Notes: a model not told the origin generated them from the sequence alone. A DNA stretch of 64,000 nucleotides from a candidate division WOR-3 bacterium (GCA_039803205.1 JBDRYB010000005.1:1-64000), one strand, 5' to 3'. Positions 20,077-31,060 are shown, counted from the stretch's first letter. Numbers and translations are program-made.

Positions 20077-21504
20077 GTGAAAAAGCCCATCTTGGTCTTC
20101 GGCGTGGCCCTCGCTCTCAGACTCGCAATGTCCATCCCGTTCATCTGGCACCCTGAGATGAGCCTGCCAGCTTATGGGGATGCGATTGGGTATCACCGAA
20201 TAGCCCTGAACCTTATTGCTGGCCACGGATTCTCACTTTACCCCAATCCTCCTTTCACCCCGGATTGCTTCAGGACCCCAGGTTTTCCCGCTCTGCTAGC
20301 CCTTCTCTACGAAATCCTGGGCCCCTCTCCCTTATGGGGCATCTTGGCGAACGATGTTCTCGCCTCCTCAGCCGCGCTCCTGGTTTATCTAATAATGAGA
20401 AAAAGATGGCCCCGAGGAGCGCTATTTGCTGGACTCCTATATGCATTCAATCCCTTATCCCTTGTCTATTGCCAGGAGCTCATGACAGAGACCCTGTTCA
20501 CATTTTCCCTGGTTGCGGGAATCTGGCTTCTCTTCTGGCCAAGGGAATCCTTCGCGTGGAGAAGGAGGACTGGCACGAAAAGGGTTCCCATCCTTATCTT
20601 GCAAAAGGAAAAAGGTTTTCACTGGCTTCTTTCGCTCTGCGGTGGTCTTTGCCTCGGAATAGCCGCATTAAGCAGGCCCGTTGGGCTTTATTTGCCAGCT
20701 CTGATATTGCCCTTTGCAAGAAAACGCTGGCTTCCTGGCCTGGCAGGATTTCTGGCCGCGGTTGTCCCATGGTTCACGAGGAACTGGATCATCTATGGCT
20801 TTCCATTCTTTTCAACCGTTGAGTGGGTCAACATGGCTTATTACAACGGCGCGGCAGTGGTCTCCGCAGAGAGGGGGATAACCCTCAGACAGGCAGACAT
20901 GGTAATATTCAACGAGACCGCAGAGAGATACGGCTGGGGCGTTGTGGCAAAGGACGAGGATGACATCTGGGCATTTGAGGAGGACCCTGGAAAGTGGCGG
21001 AAGCTCGCTGGAACAGGCCTGGGATATATTCTGAGGAATCCAGCGCTTTATCTTTCTGAGCACCTCAAGGGAACCCTCGGCCTCCTTGGACCTGTTCACC
21101 CATACAGACTGCCCGCTGTATATGGCCACAATCTGTTTCTACAGGGAAGGAGAGTCGGATCAGGGCCAGAGCTATTCGGATTACTGCTCAAAAAGGGCCC
21201 TGCCGCGCTTTTCAGAAAGATATTTGAGGGCCTGCCCTGGTGGGGAGTGTGGTTTTGGATAGCCGCGCTTGGGTATCAGCTGGCCCTTTACGCCTTGGCA
21301 ATCCTCGGGCTCATTAGGGGGAGACGGGAGGCTTTCGCGTGGCTACTAGCTATAACAGCGCTTTATTTCATCATGATCCCTGGCCCCATGGCGGTTCCCA
21401 GGATGAGGCATCCCGCGGACGCGCTCCTGGTCATGCTGGCGGGGATGCTCTTTTGGCAATCGTCCCGGTTGCAGAGCACTAAGTCTGTCCGAGATAGCGT
21501 TTAG
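20077..21504 (+). CDS. GT-C glycosyltransferase, family 39/ArnT-like
   Basis: GDAIGYH.IA.NL..GHGFS, FRTPGFP, MTETLF and many TM helices; start GTG 20077. Confidence 0.8.
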   Translation: MKKPILVFGVALALRLAMSIPFIWHPEMSLPAYGDAIGYHRIALNLIAGHGFSLYPNPPFTPDCFRTPGFPALLALLYEILGPSPLWGILANDVLASSAALLVYLIMRKRWPRGALFAGLLYAFNPLSLVYCQELMTETLFTFSLVAGIWLLFWPRESFAWRRRTGTKRVPILILQKEKGFHWLLSLCGGLCLGIAALSRPVGLYLPALILPFARKRWLPGLAGFLAAVVPWFTRNWIIYGFPFFSTVEWVNMAYYNGAAVVSAERGITLRQADMVIFNETAERYGWGVVAKDEDDIWAFEEDPGKWRKLAGTGLGYILRNPALYLSEHLKGTLGLLGPVHPYRLPAVYGHNLFLQGRRVGSGPELFGLLLKKGPAALFRKIFEGLPWWGVWFWIAALGYQLALYALAILGLIRGRREAFAWLLAITALYFIMIPGPMAVPRMRHPADALLVMLAGMLFWQSSRLQSTKSVRDSV

Positions 21505-21522
21505 CGCCTCTGGGAAGCCTTT

Positions 21523-23073
21523 CTACCACTTAACGAATGTCCTCTGAGCTGAGCGCTCTCCGGCTACGGCCCGTATTACATACGCTCCGGCTGGCATCTG
21601 TGAGGCCGGCAGGACAACTTCGGATTGGCCCGAACAATTCACCTCACAGGATAGCGTCCTTCTACCTGATACATCATAGATGCTGAGCTTTACGAGGCCA
21701 TTAGCATTTAGAGACAGCCTGAGATCCCCCTTGGCAACCGGATTGAGAAGCCTCAGAAGGGGAGTCTGGGTCTCAAACGGAGATTCGGCCACATCCGTGA
21801 AACAATCAAAGCTCCAGTGGACATCCTCGTCAGGAGCAGAGGGATGCCGTGGATCGGAGCTCAGAGAACCGCAGTAGTAAAGCGCGAGAAGGAGGTCAAA
21901 ATGCTGGCGCATGCCGTTCAGGGTAGCCCCTGAGTATACCGTATCATCGCCCCCGTTCAGGCCTTGGCCTATAACAGCGCCGAAGGCCAGCTTAACCGTA
22001 TCTCCGTGGGCTATGTTGAATGGCCCTGATGATATGAGGTATCGGTAATCAAAGACCCCCATGCCGAGGTCAAACGGATGAGGAGCGAACCTGTAGCCTG
22101 GGCACTGAAAACCATTCCCGGAAAGGTAAGCATATCTCGCCTCCTCCGTTGGCGGGTCGTTCTCCCAGTCCCACCACTGATGCGCCCAAGGCCTGCATAC
22201 CCTTATTCCCGAACCGGTTGAATCAGCCGGAGAAGGATCAGCGTAGATAAGGCCAACCCCAAGGTATCCAGCCGAGTATCCGAACTCCCCCCTGTCGTTC
22301 TCAGGGCTTGCCGGGTCATCGTCATCCCAGATGTAGGATATTCCCCTCGGGATGAGAAAGGTATCTCCCTCAACGGTCGTCTCCCACGGGTTGTCCCCCC
22401 ATACCAAATAGTTGTCCGGAACCCCGTCGGGCCAGGGATCGTATCCGAACGGCAGAAGGGTTATTTGATCCCCGACAGGGCTATACTGCAAGGTATCCCA
22501 CTCGTGGCCAGTCCACCCGTCAAAGTGAACCAGATCGTCTATGTGGGCATCGGTCGGGTCAGCTCCGGAGACATCGCAGTCAAAGACTATCCCCACAAAA
22601 ACATCCCTCAGAGTATCAGGCGAGCCAGCGTCGTTCTGGGTTTTATCATACCATATGTAGAACTCATAGGCAAGTTGGGAGCGAAAAGTCTCATGTGCCC
22701 AAGCGAGGCCCCTTTGGAGAACGCTGATGCCCAGATGTTTGCCTGGCGGCCTGTTCGGGTTTGCTATGGAATCGCTGTATGTTGCAACTATGTCTTGGTC
22801 TGATCTGGGGTTTGTATTGTCGTAGTAGATGATTCCGGGCCACCATCCCGCGCCATCACCAATGACAAGGGTCTCTCCGGCGGATACGGCTCCGATCCAC
22901 AGCTTCCCCTGCCACAGATAGTAATTCTTAATGCTCTGATACCAGCCGGGCCAGCTCATTGAGGCAACGGAATCGCCCCACTCGCCCGCATTCGTCTCGG
23001 TGGTCCAGAGCCATCCCGGGTTGTGAACGAGAGACCCATAATCATGCTGAGAAAGGAGCAAGAGAACAAACAT
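21523..23073 (-). CDS. Secreted protein of unknown function with T9SS-like CTD
   Basis: MFVLLLLSQ N-terminus; CTD NPV...IYDVSGR...AGAYVIR. Confidence 0.7.
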   Translation of the reverse strand: MFVLLLLSQHDYGSLVHNPGWLWTTETNAGEWGDSVASMSWPGWYQSIKNYYLWQGKLWIGAVSAGETLVIGDGAGWWPGIIYYDNTNPRSDQDIVATYSDSIANPNRPPGKHLGISVLQRGLAWAHETFRSQLAYEFYIWYDKTQNDAGSPDTLRDVFVGIVFDCDVSGADPTDAHIDDLVHFDGWTGHEWDTLQYSPVGDQITLLPFGYDPWPDGVPDNYLVWGDNPWETTVEGDTFLIPRGISYIWDDDDPASPENDRGEFGYSAGYLGVGLIYADPSPADSTGSGIRVCRPWAHQWWDWENDPPTEEARYAYLSGNGFQCPGYRFAPHPFDLGMGVFDYRYLISSGPFNIAHGDTVKLAFGAVIGQGLNGGDDTVYSGATLNGMRQHFDLLLALYYCGSLSSDPRHPSAPDEDVHWSFDCFTDVAESPFETQTPLLRLLNPVAKGDLRLSLNANGLVKLSIYDVSGRRTLSCEVNCSGQSEVVLPASQMPAGAYVIRAVAGERSAQRTFVKW

Positions 23074-23119
23074 AAAACACCTCCTAGAGCTTAAAATATA
23101 GCCCCAAAACCCTGAACTT

Positions 23120-23944
23120 TCAAGGCCCGAACCCTTCAGCCAGGGCCTTTACCCCCTGGACAAAACGGGGGCCTGGCCTGGTTATCAGGTCTGGATCAAT
23201 CCTGAGAACCCTCGCGGACAAGCCCTCCCACCCCATTCTCTTACTTGGCTCAGGGCCATCCTCGTGCGCTAGGACAACAATATCGGGTTTTCTTTTGAGA
23301 ACCTCCTCCTCTTGAACGGGAAAATAGCCCTGGACATCTGAGAATATGTTTCGGCCCCCTGCGAGATGAACTAGATCATCCGGAAATGTCCCGGCTCCTG
23401 CCGCGTATAATGGATTGATCCCCAGCTCAATGAACACCGAGGGCGGATTGTCCGGTTTCTTTATCCCTGAAAGCTCCTTCCTCAGGCTATCCGAGAGCGC
23501 CTTCCCCCTTTCCTCCACCCCGAGGATCCGGGCCAGGTTCTCGATCTCCGAGAAGACCTCCTCGCAAGTCTCAGGCGAAACATCAAGGGTTCTGAGGCCC
23601 ATCTTGGCGAGGTCAGCCGAAAGGCGATCTTGGGTCGGCAGAAATACTATAACATAGTCCGGGGAAAGCCTCGCTATCTCCTCAAGCTTGGGTTTTATCA
23701 GGTCTCCCACCTTTGGCAATTTCCGGGCCTGGGAGGGCCAGTTGCAGAAATCGGAGACAGCCAGAAGGTGATCCTCCGCGCCCAGGGCAAAGATCATCTC
23801 GGTCGCGGCTGGGTTCAGGGAGACCAAGGTTGGGCTCTTTGCCCTCCTTGAACCACTGTGGCACGAAAGGGCCACCAAGAAAACGAGGATATAGGGGCAG
23901 GGTTTTGCGCTCGCCCTTTTCAGAATTGAAAGAACCGGTTTCAA
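23120..23944 (-). CDS. Cobalamin/iron-siderophore ABC substrate-binding lipoprotein (BtuF-like)
   Basis: VSLNPAATEMIFALG, RPGPR; lipobox ALSC. Confidence 0.85.
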   Translation of the reverse strand: MKPVLSILKRASAKPCPYILVFLVALSCHSGSRRAKSPTLVSLNPAATEMIFALGAEDHLLAVSDFCNWPSQARKLPKVGDLIKPKLEEIARLSPDYVIVFLPTQDRLSADLAKMGLRTLDVSPETCEEVFSEIENLARILGVEERGKALSDSLRKELSGIKKPDNPPSVFIELGINPLYAAGAGTFPDDLVHLAGGRNIFSDVQGYFPVQEEEVLKRKPDIVVLAHEDGPEPSKRMGWEGLSARVLRIDPDLITRPGPRFVQGVKALAEGFGP

Positions 23945-24915
23945 GGCACCTCAACCACGGAATCATCCCCCAAACAGAGGGAGCCCGAAAATCCCTTTAC
24001 AACCGCGTTTCTTCCGATAACGCTATCCCTGAGCTGGCAGTTGAAAAGCCTCGCGGATGAGCTCAGGATTGAGCTGGATATGATGCAATCCTCCAGATTA
24101 GCGTTCTCCATCACCGTAACATGAGGCCCTATCCTTCCGCCTTTTATCGTTGCGGTCGGATGAAGTGACACGGGCGGAACTATCTCAACCCCTGGGAGAT
24201 CAGGGGCCTTCGGCGGATATTTCTCAAGGAGCAGGGCGTTTGATTCCAAAAGCGTGCTTATCTTTCCGCAATCAAACCACTCTTCTATCTCCCTTGCCAA
24301 GGGGCGCCACCCCGCGCTCAACATGAGGTTTATGGCATCCGTTATCTGATATTCGTTCTTGGTTTTGGTTTCGGAGGCAATAAGCCTCTCTATCGCATCC
24401 TTGAGCGCGGCGCCATCCGAAAGGTAATAAAGCCCAACGAGTGCCAGATTGCTCTTCGGCTCATCCGGTTTCTCAACGGCCGATACGATCCTTCCATCGG
24501 GATCAAGCTCAACGACACCGAACCTCCTCGGGTCATCAACGGGCTTAACGCCCATGAAATCCCCTTCCCTGATCCAGAAAGCAAGAGGCGCATCTATTAT
24601 GGTATCCCCAAGGATTATGAGGCTGGGGCCAGGCCCTATCCCTCCTGTCATCACCGCGTGGGCGATCCCAAGAGGGGTTTCCTGAACCGCGCAATCAACG
24701 AGGGACGGAGCCACGCTCTCAGCGTAGCCTTTTATAGGATCCTGGGTTCCCGGATTGACGACCAGGGTTATTCTTTCAGGATCTAACGGGACGAGCCTTT
24801 CAAGCATGTGGCCCAGAATGGGCTTCCCCGCCACTGGAATGAGGGGCTTCGGTGTGGTGTGAGTGAGGGGATAAAGCCTAGTCCCTTTGCCAGCAACCGG
24901 AATTATGATGTGCAC
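23941..24915 (-). CDS. Sugar-phosphate nucleotidyltransferase (glucose-1-phosphate thymidylyltransferase, long form)
   Basis: IIPVAGKGTRLYPLT..PKPL, EKP, WFDCG, C-terminal left-handed beta-helix repeats. Confidence 0.88.
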   Translation of the reverse strand: MHIIIPVAGKGTRLYPLTHTTPKPLIPVAGKPILGHMLERLVPLDPERITLVVNPGTQDPIKGYAESVAPSLVDCAVQETPLGIAHAVMTGGIGPGPSLIILGDTIIDAPLAFWIREGDFMGVKPVDDPRRFGVVELDPDGRIVSAVEKPDEPKSNLALVGLYYLSDGAALKDAIERLIASETKTKNEYQITDAINLMLSAGWRPLAREIEEWFDCGKISTLLESNALLLEKYPPKAPDLPGVEIVPPVSLHPTATIKGGRIGPHVTVMENANLEDCIISSSILSSSARLFNCQLRDSVIGRNAVVKGFSGSLCLGDDSVVEVP

Positions 24916-25032
24916 CCGTATATTTTAATCCGCACGATCGCCCTCCTGCTACTCCAATACAGGAACCCCTATCCCGAAGACAAAAGGAGCTCGGGCAGGC
25001 ACACGGGCCGGGTCTTACAATATAATTTTCGC

Positions 25033-25434
25033 ATGGATAGAAGAGTGGCTGTCGTTGTCCGGGAGGGCAAGGTTTCTGGGATCAGCCCGGATGCTGATTG
25101 GGAGATTTGGCTAATCACAATAGATGAGGGCAGGGTCTTGAAAAAAGAGAAAAGGAGGCCCCCATTTCAAGGGGTATTCCCCCCCGGATACATGAGCGCT
25201 CTTGTGCCAAGGGCAACCACGATCAGATTCGGCGCAGGGGGGGTTTCCATCCTTGACATAGTGGGATACCTTGAGGGGGCAGATGTCCTTCTCGGGAGGG
25301 ATTTCTGGCCAGGCATACCGACCGAGCTCTCGGTGATGGGAATAACCTGCGTTAGGACCGATGAGGCGGACCCTGAGGAGGCGGCCCTGAAATATCTTTA
25401 CGGCCAGGCGCGAGGGCCAGGAGCTACGATATAA
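25033..25434 (+). CDS. NifB/NifX-fold (FeMo-cofactor-binding-like) protein
   Basis: RVAVVV..G.VS...LITIDEG.V...E.R...L.GADVLL...G.....L...GI...DPEEA pattern; start ATG 25033. Confidence 0.5.
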   Translation: MDRRVAVVVREGKVSGISPDADWEIWLITIDEGRVLKKEKRRPPFQGVFPPGYMSALVPRATTIRFGAGGVSILDIVGYLEGADVLLGRDFWPGIPTELSVMGITCVRTDEADPEEAALKYLYGQARGPGATI

Positions 25435-25441
25435 TATCAGC

Positions 25442-25981
25442 TTGGTTGAGCGACTCGTTGAAATAGCAAGAACCTTGCCTCCTGAGATTGGGGTTGCTTT
25501 CCTTTCCATGATCCCCGTGACAGAGCTCAGGGCCGGGATACCCATAGGCATATGGACCCTTGGGGTTCCATGGTGGAGCTGCTTCTTCTGGGCAGTTCTC
25601 GGCAATATTATACCCGTGCCCATCATTCTTCTGGGCCTGAGACCACTTTCAAGGCTATTCTACAGGACCAAGTGGGGAACGAGGTTCTTTGAGTGGCTAT
25701 ACATTAGGGCCAAAAAGAAAGGGGCCAGCATTGAGAAATACGAATCCCTCGGGCTTTATGTATTCGTCGCCATACCCCTTCCAGGAACCGGCGCGTGGAC
25801 CGGAGCCCTGGTCGCATCAGCTTTGGGGATGAGGTTTTTGCCAGGCCTTATCGCGATAGGTCTCGGGGTAGCGACCGCTGGGGTCATAGTAACCGCGCTT
25901 TCCGTTCTCGGATGGTGGGGTGCTATAATAGCCGGGGTCCTGGTAATGGGGGGAGTGGTTTGGAACTACCTGAGAAGATAA
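25442..25981 (+). CDS. Small multi-drug export family protein (COG2426)
   Basis: SMIPVTELRAGIP, GNIIPVP, FVAIPLPGTGAWTG. Confidence 0.88.
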   Translation: MVERLVEIARTLPPEIGVAFLSMIPVTELRAGIPIGIWTLGVPWWSCFFWAVLGNIIPVPIILLGLRPLSRLFYRTKWGTRFFEWLYIRAKKKGASIEKYESLGLYVFVAIPLPGTGAWTGALVASALGMRFLPGLIAIGLGVATAGVIVTALSVLGWWGAIIAGVLVMGGVVWNYLRR

Positions 25982-26009
25982 AAACGCAGAAGCGTTCCCA
26001 GTAGAATGT

Positions 26010-27383
26010 CTATTCTTTCACCTTTTTCCTTACGGGAGCCTCTTCCTCGTCGTAATAAACGAGCTTCACTACCCAGCCATAGTTCTGGAGTCCAAGAAAG
26101 AGCTCAACCGGCTCCTCTGGCTTTACATCCTTTATAGCCTCCCAGAAATCATCAAGGGATTCAACAGGATAGTATTTCTTCCTGACGAGGACGCCTCTGA
26201 TGGGGTATTTTCGGGGAACCCCCCATGTTTCAGCGGAACTGCCTTCCTTAACATCCGCGATGAAAACGCACTCTGGGGTTGCCCACGAATACTGAGAGGC
26301 GTATGTCTTAGGGGTGCTTCGTTGAACCGTCATGCCTCCGAACTCAATATACTCAGTGGGGTAATAAGCCCCCCTGTCAATCGGGGTGACATTTATAACG
26401 GTGTCCTTGCCTTCTCTGCATATCTTGAACGCTGATGGCTTATCCGCAAGGTCCCTGAGCATTGAGAGGTATTCTGACTCGTCCTTGGGCGTTTTGCCGT
26501 TAACGGAAATAATTATGTCCCCTGAGCGAAAACCCACTTCGTCAGCCGGAGTTTTTCTCATGACATCAACTATCATGAGGGCCTTTCTCGGTAGAGGCCC
26601 AGGATAATTCGCGCCAAAGCTCTCCTTTGCCCTGTCAACGGTTATCTCCTGAACGCTAGCCCCTATCCAGCCCATATGGCCTGTGTAGGGAACCTCGCCT
26701 TTTATCACCTGATCCATGATGGGCTTCAGCTGATCTATGGCGAGGGCCCAGCTCAGCCCCTCCCCGTAGTCCTTTATGGTGCATACGCCTATTACCTTGC
26801 CGTCCCTGAGGGAGATGAGGGGCCCTCCGCTGTTTCCTGGGTTCAGAGCGGCATCCGTTTGTATGAAGGCGCCATAATCCCCAGGGTTATTGGTCGTGCT
26901 TGAGACTATTCCCTGGGTAGCTGAGTATTCGTAGCCCTGAGGGTTCCCGAAAGCCCCGACGGGATGCCCAACATCAATATCCTTTGAGTTTCCCAGGACT
27001 GCCTGGCGAACATCCTTTGGCACCCCAACAGCATCAAGCCTGAAGGTTATGACCCCGAAATCGTAAATTGGGTCTATGTATATCGGCGTGGCCGAGAACC
27101 TCTCCCCCTCCTTGAAGCTGACCTGAACGGAGCTCACCCCGTCCCCTATGATGTGTTTGTTGGTCGCTACATAGGCTATACCAGCCTTTCTGTCTATGTG
27201 GAAGATGAACCCTGAGCCTTCGGATGATTCCCTGTAGGAGGTCTCCAGAGCGACGGTTGTCCGGCTGTATACCCGGACCGTGTATTTCTCGGCCTCGGAG
27301 AATATCTCCTTGTAAGACTTCCCAGCAAACAGAATCCCTGGAGCCAACCAGAGTGAGATCAAAGCGTATCTGAAATGCTTCAT
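26010..27383 (-). CDS. HtrA/DegP-like serine protease with PDZ domains
   Basis: GSGF, TNKH, IYDFG, IQTDAALNPGNSGGPL catalytic triad. Confidence 0.9.
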   Translation of the reverse strand: MKHFRYALISLWLAPGILFAGKSYKEIFSEAEKYTVRVYSRTTVALETSYRESSEGSGFIFHIDRKAGIAYVATNKHIIGDGVSSVQVSFKEGERFSATPIYIDPIYDFGVITFRLDAVGVPKDVRQAVLGNSKDIDVGHPVGAFGNPQGYEYSATQGIVSSTTNNPGDYGAFIQTDAALNPGNSGGPLISLRDGKVIGVCTIKDYGEGLSWALAIDQLKPIMDQVIKGEVPYTGHMGWIGASVQEITVDRAKESFGANYPGPLPRKALMIVDVMRKTPADEVGFRSGDIIISVNGKTPKDESEYLSMLRDLADKPSAFKICREGKDTVINVTPIDRGAYYPTEYIEFGGMTVQRSTPKTYASQYSWATPECVFIADVKEGSSAETWGVPRKYPIRGVLVRKKYYPVESLDDFWEAIKDVKPEEPVELFLGLQNYGWVVKLVYYDEEEAPVRKKVKE

Positions 27384-28096
27384 AGCTCATTCCTCCTGAA
27401 GATCTTCCTGAACCTGAGCCGCCACACGAGCCAGAACGCCTCCCAGATTATTCTCCTTGACATCTTTGATGTCCCTGCCTTTCTTTCCGTGAAAACTATT
27501 GGTATCTCAACGAGCCTGAAGCCTTTCTGCTTCGCCATGAAGTTGGTCTCTATCTGGAACCCATATCCGTCCGACTCTATCCTGTCAAGGGGAATCGCCT
27601 CAAGAACGCGACGCCTGTAGCATTTGAAGCCCCCGGTCAGGTCCTTTATCTCCCACATGCCTACGACCAACCTGGCATATAGGTTCGCGAAATACGAGAG
27701 AAGGAGCCTCTTCAGAGGCCAGTTCACCACATTCGCTCCGGAAACATACCGAGAGCCTATGACGAGGTCGTATTGCCTGGCCATGTCCAGCATCCTCGGA
27801 ATGTCTTCGGGATCGTGGGAGAAATCCGCGTCCATTTCAAAAGCAAAGTCGTATTCCCGGGCCAGCGCCCACCTGAAGCCCTCAATGTAGGCCGAACCGA
27901 GGCCCATCTTCCTGGGCCTCTCTATGATGTGAATCCTCTTGCCGAAGAGGGGATGGGATTTGACGAGCTCAGCTGTGCCATCGGGTGAGGCATCGTCTAT
28001 AACCAGGACATCAACCCCCTTTTCTAGAACCCTATTGATGAACTTCTCTATGTTCTCTCGCTCGTTGTATGTGGGGACTATTATTAGGGTTTTCAA
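27380..28096 (-). CDS. Polyprenol monophosphomannose synthase (GT2, Ppm1/DPM1-like)
   Basis: IVPTYNERENI, IDDASPDGT, EMDADFSHDP, DLTGGFKCY. Confidence 0.9.
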   Translation of the reverse strand: MKTLIIVPTYNERENIEKFINRVLEKGVDVLVIDDASPDGTAELVKSHPLFGKRIHIIERPRKMGLGSAYIEGFRWALAREYDFAFEMDADFSHDPEDIPRMLDMARQYDLVIGSRYVSGANVVNWPLKRLLLSYFANLYARLVVGMWEIKDLTGGFKCYRRRVLEAIPLDRIESDGYGFQIETNFMAKQKGFRLVEIPIVFTERKAGTSKMSRRIIWEAFWLVWRLRFRKIFRRNEL

Positions 28097-29367
28097 TCAA
28101 TCTCCCTCCCTTTTATCAGGCCCATGTGCCTCGCCGGAAGATACCCCTCAAGAACGACTCCGTCATCCGTATACTCCTCGGACTGAAGTATTCCGCAGGC
28201 CAATACCCTATGATAAACCTTACCCATATCTTGGCCCCTGAGAAGGGCCTTAAATTTTACCATAGTTCTCCTGAAGGCTTCAACCACAGACGAACTCAGC
28301 GCGTCCATTCCCTCGCCAGTCCTGGCTGAGATGAGGACAGAGTTGGGGTTCTCGTCGGTGAGCCTCTGGCCCATCTCAGGGCTGAGGAGGAGGTCGCATT
28401 TATTGAATACCTGGATAACGGGTATGGTTCCACAGCCTATATCCGCGAGGGTCCTGGCAACTATCTCAGCTCTCTTTTCACGGGAGGGATGAGCCGCGTC
28501 CTGAATGTGCAGAAGTAGGTCCGCGTCCCTTATCACATCAAGGGTTGCCTTGAACGATGCAACGAGGTCAGGCGGAAGGTCCTCTATGAAGCCAACCGTG
28601 TCAGTAAGGAGAACCGAGACGGGCAAGCCAGGGAAGGAAAGCCTCCTAGTTAAGGGATCGAGGGTGGTAAACGGGATCTCATCCTCTGGCTGACCCGCCT
28701 TTGTGAGAGCGTTCATCACTGAGGATTTGCCAGCGTTCGTGTAGCCGACGAGGGTCACCTTGAACTCGTCTCGGCGCCTTGCCCCCTGAACCCCCTTTGA
28801 GCGCTCTATCTCCAAAAGCCTCTTCTTTAGGCGGGCTATCTCCTCGGCCATCTTTCGCCTGTCCGTTTCCAACTGCTTCTCACCAGGACCCCTCGTGCCT
28901 ATGCCTCCGCCAGGCCTGTCCAGGTGGGCCCAAAGCCCTTTGAGCTTTGAGGCCTGATATTCCAACTGAGCCAGCTCAACCTGGGCCTTTGCCTCAGGTG
29001 TCCTAGCGTGAAGGGCGAATATATCCATTATGACCTCTGTTCTGTCTATGACCTTTGCCTTTATGAGCTCCTCAAGGTTCCTGGTCTGAGAGCCTGAGAG
29101 CGGAGCGTCAAAAACGACGAGGTCAAGCCCGTATTCTTTGACTATCTCAGCTATCTCCTCTGCCTTGCCCTTTCCAATGTAGAAAGCGGGATCCGGCCTT
29201 TCCTTTATCTGCAATATCGTCTCAAATACCTCTGCTCCGCAAGCGATAACGAGGCCGGCCAGCTCCTCAAGCCGCTCAGCCTCTGCCCACCGCTCCTTTG
29301 GGCTTCTGGCAACCCCGACGATGAGGGCCCTTTCGGGAGAGGAGAGTTCAGGGGGCACAGACATCAT
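28093..29367 (-). CDS. hflX: Ribosome-splitting GTPase HflX
   Basis: GGIGTRGPGEKQLETDRR, VGYTNAGKSS, TDTVGFI, NKCD. Confidence 0.95.
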   Translation of the reverse strand: MMSVPPELSSPERALIVGVARSPKERWAEAERLEELAGLVIACGAEVFETILQIKERPDPAFYIGKGKAEEIAEIVKEYGLDLVVFDAPLSGSQTRNLEELIKAKVIDRTEVIMDIFALHARTPEAKAQVELAQLEYQASKLKGLWAHLDRPGGGIGTRGPGEKQLETDRRKMAEEIARLKKRLLEIERSKGVQGARRRDEFKVTLVGYTNAGKSSVMNALTKAGQPEDEIPFTTLDPLTRRLSFPGLPVSVLLTDTVGFIEDLPPDLVASFKATLDVIRDADLLLHIQDAAHPSREKRAEIVARTLADIGCGTIPVIQVFNKCDLLLSPEMGQRLTDENPNSVLISARTGEGMDALSSSVVEAFRRTMVKFKALLRGQDMGKVYHRVLACGILQSEEYTDDGVVLEGYLPARHMGLIKGREID

Positions 29368-29499
29368 ATTTTGGTAGAAACATCCAGAGTCTCCGCATAT
29401 TCAAATCCCTCAACTTTAGCATAATCAAATTATAACTCCTAATGATGATCCCCCTCAACGCCTCGGTTTATAATATCATCCTCACCGGAGGTAAACAAG

Positions 29500-31053
29500 A
29501 TGCCTTTTACACCCTTCCAAAACCAACCTTACACGGATTTCAGCCTGCCGGAGAACGCCAAGGCCATGCGTGACGCGATAGCCAGGGTCAGGGCAGAGGC
29601 TGGCAAGGAGTATCCCCTGATAATAGGCGGGGAACGCATAACAACCCAGGAAAAGTTCCAGAGCATAAACCCATCCAAAAAGGACGAGGTTCTTGCCGTA
29701 TTCTCAAAGGGGACCCCTGAGCTCGTTGATAAGGCGGTTGAGGCCGCTTACAGGGCATTTGAGTCCTGGAAGAGGACCAAGCCGGAGACGAGGGCAGTTG
29801 TCCTGCAACGCGCCGCTGAGATAATGAAGCGCAGGAGGCACGAGCTCTCCGCGACCATGGTTCTTGAGGCGGGAAAGAACTGGGCAGAAGCGGACGCTGA
29901 TACAGCAGAGGCTATTGATTTTCTCGAGTTTTACGCGAGGGAGATGCTCAGATACGCCCAGCCCCAGCCCCTCACGGCCATTCCCTCAGAGTTCAACGAG
30001 TATTTCTACATTCCCTTGGGTGTCGGGGCCATAATCCCACCGTGGAACTTTCCCCTCGCTATACTCTGCGGCATGTCAAGCGCGGCAGTTGTCACGGGCA
30101 ACACCATAGTCCTCAAGCCATCATCAGAGACACCTCTTATAGCCTACAAGTATGTTGAGATCATGGAAGAGGCAGGGGTCCCACCGGGCGTTATAAACTT
30201 TCTCCCAGGCCCGGGCTCAAAGGTGGGGGACCCGCTCGTCCTTCATCCAAAAACCAGGTTCATCGCCTTCACCGGGAGTATGGAGGTTGGGCTGAGGATA
30301 AACGAGCTCGCCGCGAGGAAATCCGAGGGTCAGATATGGATAAAGAGGGTTATCGCTGAGATGGGCGGGAAGGACACGATAGTCATAGATGAAGATCTTT
30401 ACTCCTTTGACGAAGCTGTCTCTGGCGTCGTAGCATCAGCCTTCGGCTACCAAGGCCAAAAGTGCTCTGCCTGCTCAAGGCTCATCATCCACGAGAAGCT
30501 ATACAAGGATTTCGCGGAAGCGGTTGTAGAGCGGACAAAGGCGCTCAAGGTTGGGCCCGCTGAGGAGAACCCCAACATGGGCCCCGTGATAGGATCAGGC
30601 GCTTTCTCGAGCATATCTGAGTACATAGAGATAGGGAAGAAGGAAGGCAAGCTGGCAGTTGGCGGAACATACAATGACTCGGTTGGGTTCTTCATCCAGC
30701 CAACCGTGTTCCTCGATGTCCCTGAGAACGCGAGGATATACCAAGAAGAGATATTTGGGCCGGTTCTGGCTGTATCAAAGGCGAGGGACTTTGACGATGC
30801 TCTCAGAATGGCCAACAACTCCATATACGGCTTGACAGGCTCGGTCTACTCAAAGAACCGATGGCACCTTGAGCGAGCCAGGGATGACTTCCATGTGGGG
30901 AACCTCTATTTCAACAGGAAGTGCACGGGGGCTCTCGTTGATGTTCACCCGTTTGGCGGGTTCAACATGAGCGGCACGGATTCAAAAGCGGGGGGCAGGG
31001 ATTATCTCTTGCTTTTCCTCCAGGGCAAGGCGGTCTCAGAGAGGCTTCTGTAA
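29500..31053 (+). CDS. pruA: 1-pyrroline-5-carboxylate (glutamate semialdehyde) dehydrogenase
   Basis: EADADTAEAIDFLEFY, PPWNFPLAI, EMGGKD, GQKCSACSR, PFGGFNMSGTDSKAGG. Confidence 0.93.
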   Translation: MPFTPFQNQPYTDFSLPENAKAMRDAIARVRAEAGKEYPLIIGGERITTQEKFQSINPSKKDEVLAVFSKGTPELVDKAVEAAYRAFESWKRTKPETRAVVLQRAAEIMKRRRHELSATMVLEAGKNWAEADADTAEAIDFLEFYAREMLRYAQPQPLTAIPSEFNEYFYIPLGVGAIIPPWNFPLAILCGMSSAAVVTGNTIVLKPSSETPLIAYKYVEIMEEAGVPPGVINFLPGPGSKVGDPLVLHPKTRFIAFTGSMEVGLRINELAARKSEGQIWIKRVIAEMGGKDTIVIDEDLYSFDEAVSGVVASAFGYQGQKCSACSRLIIHEKLYKDFAEAVVERTKALKVGPAEENPNMGPVIGSGAFSSISEYIEIGKKEGKLAVGGTYNDSVGFFIQPTVFLDVPENARIYQEEIFGPVLAVSKARDFDDALRMANNSIYGLTGSVYSKNRWHLERARDDFHVGNLYFNRKCTGALVDVHPFGGFNMSGTDSKAGGRDYLLLFLQGKAVSERLL

Positions 31054-31060
31054 AACCGGG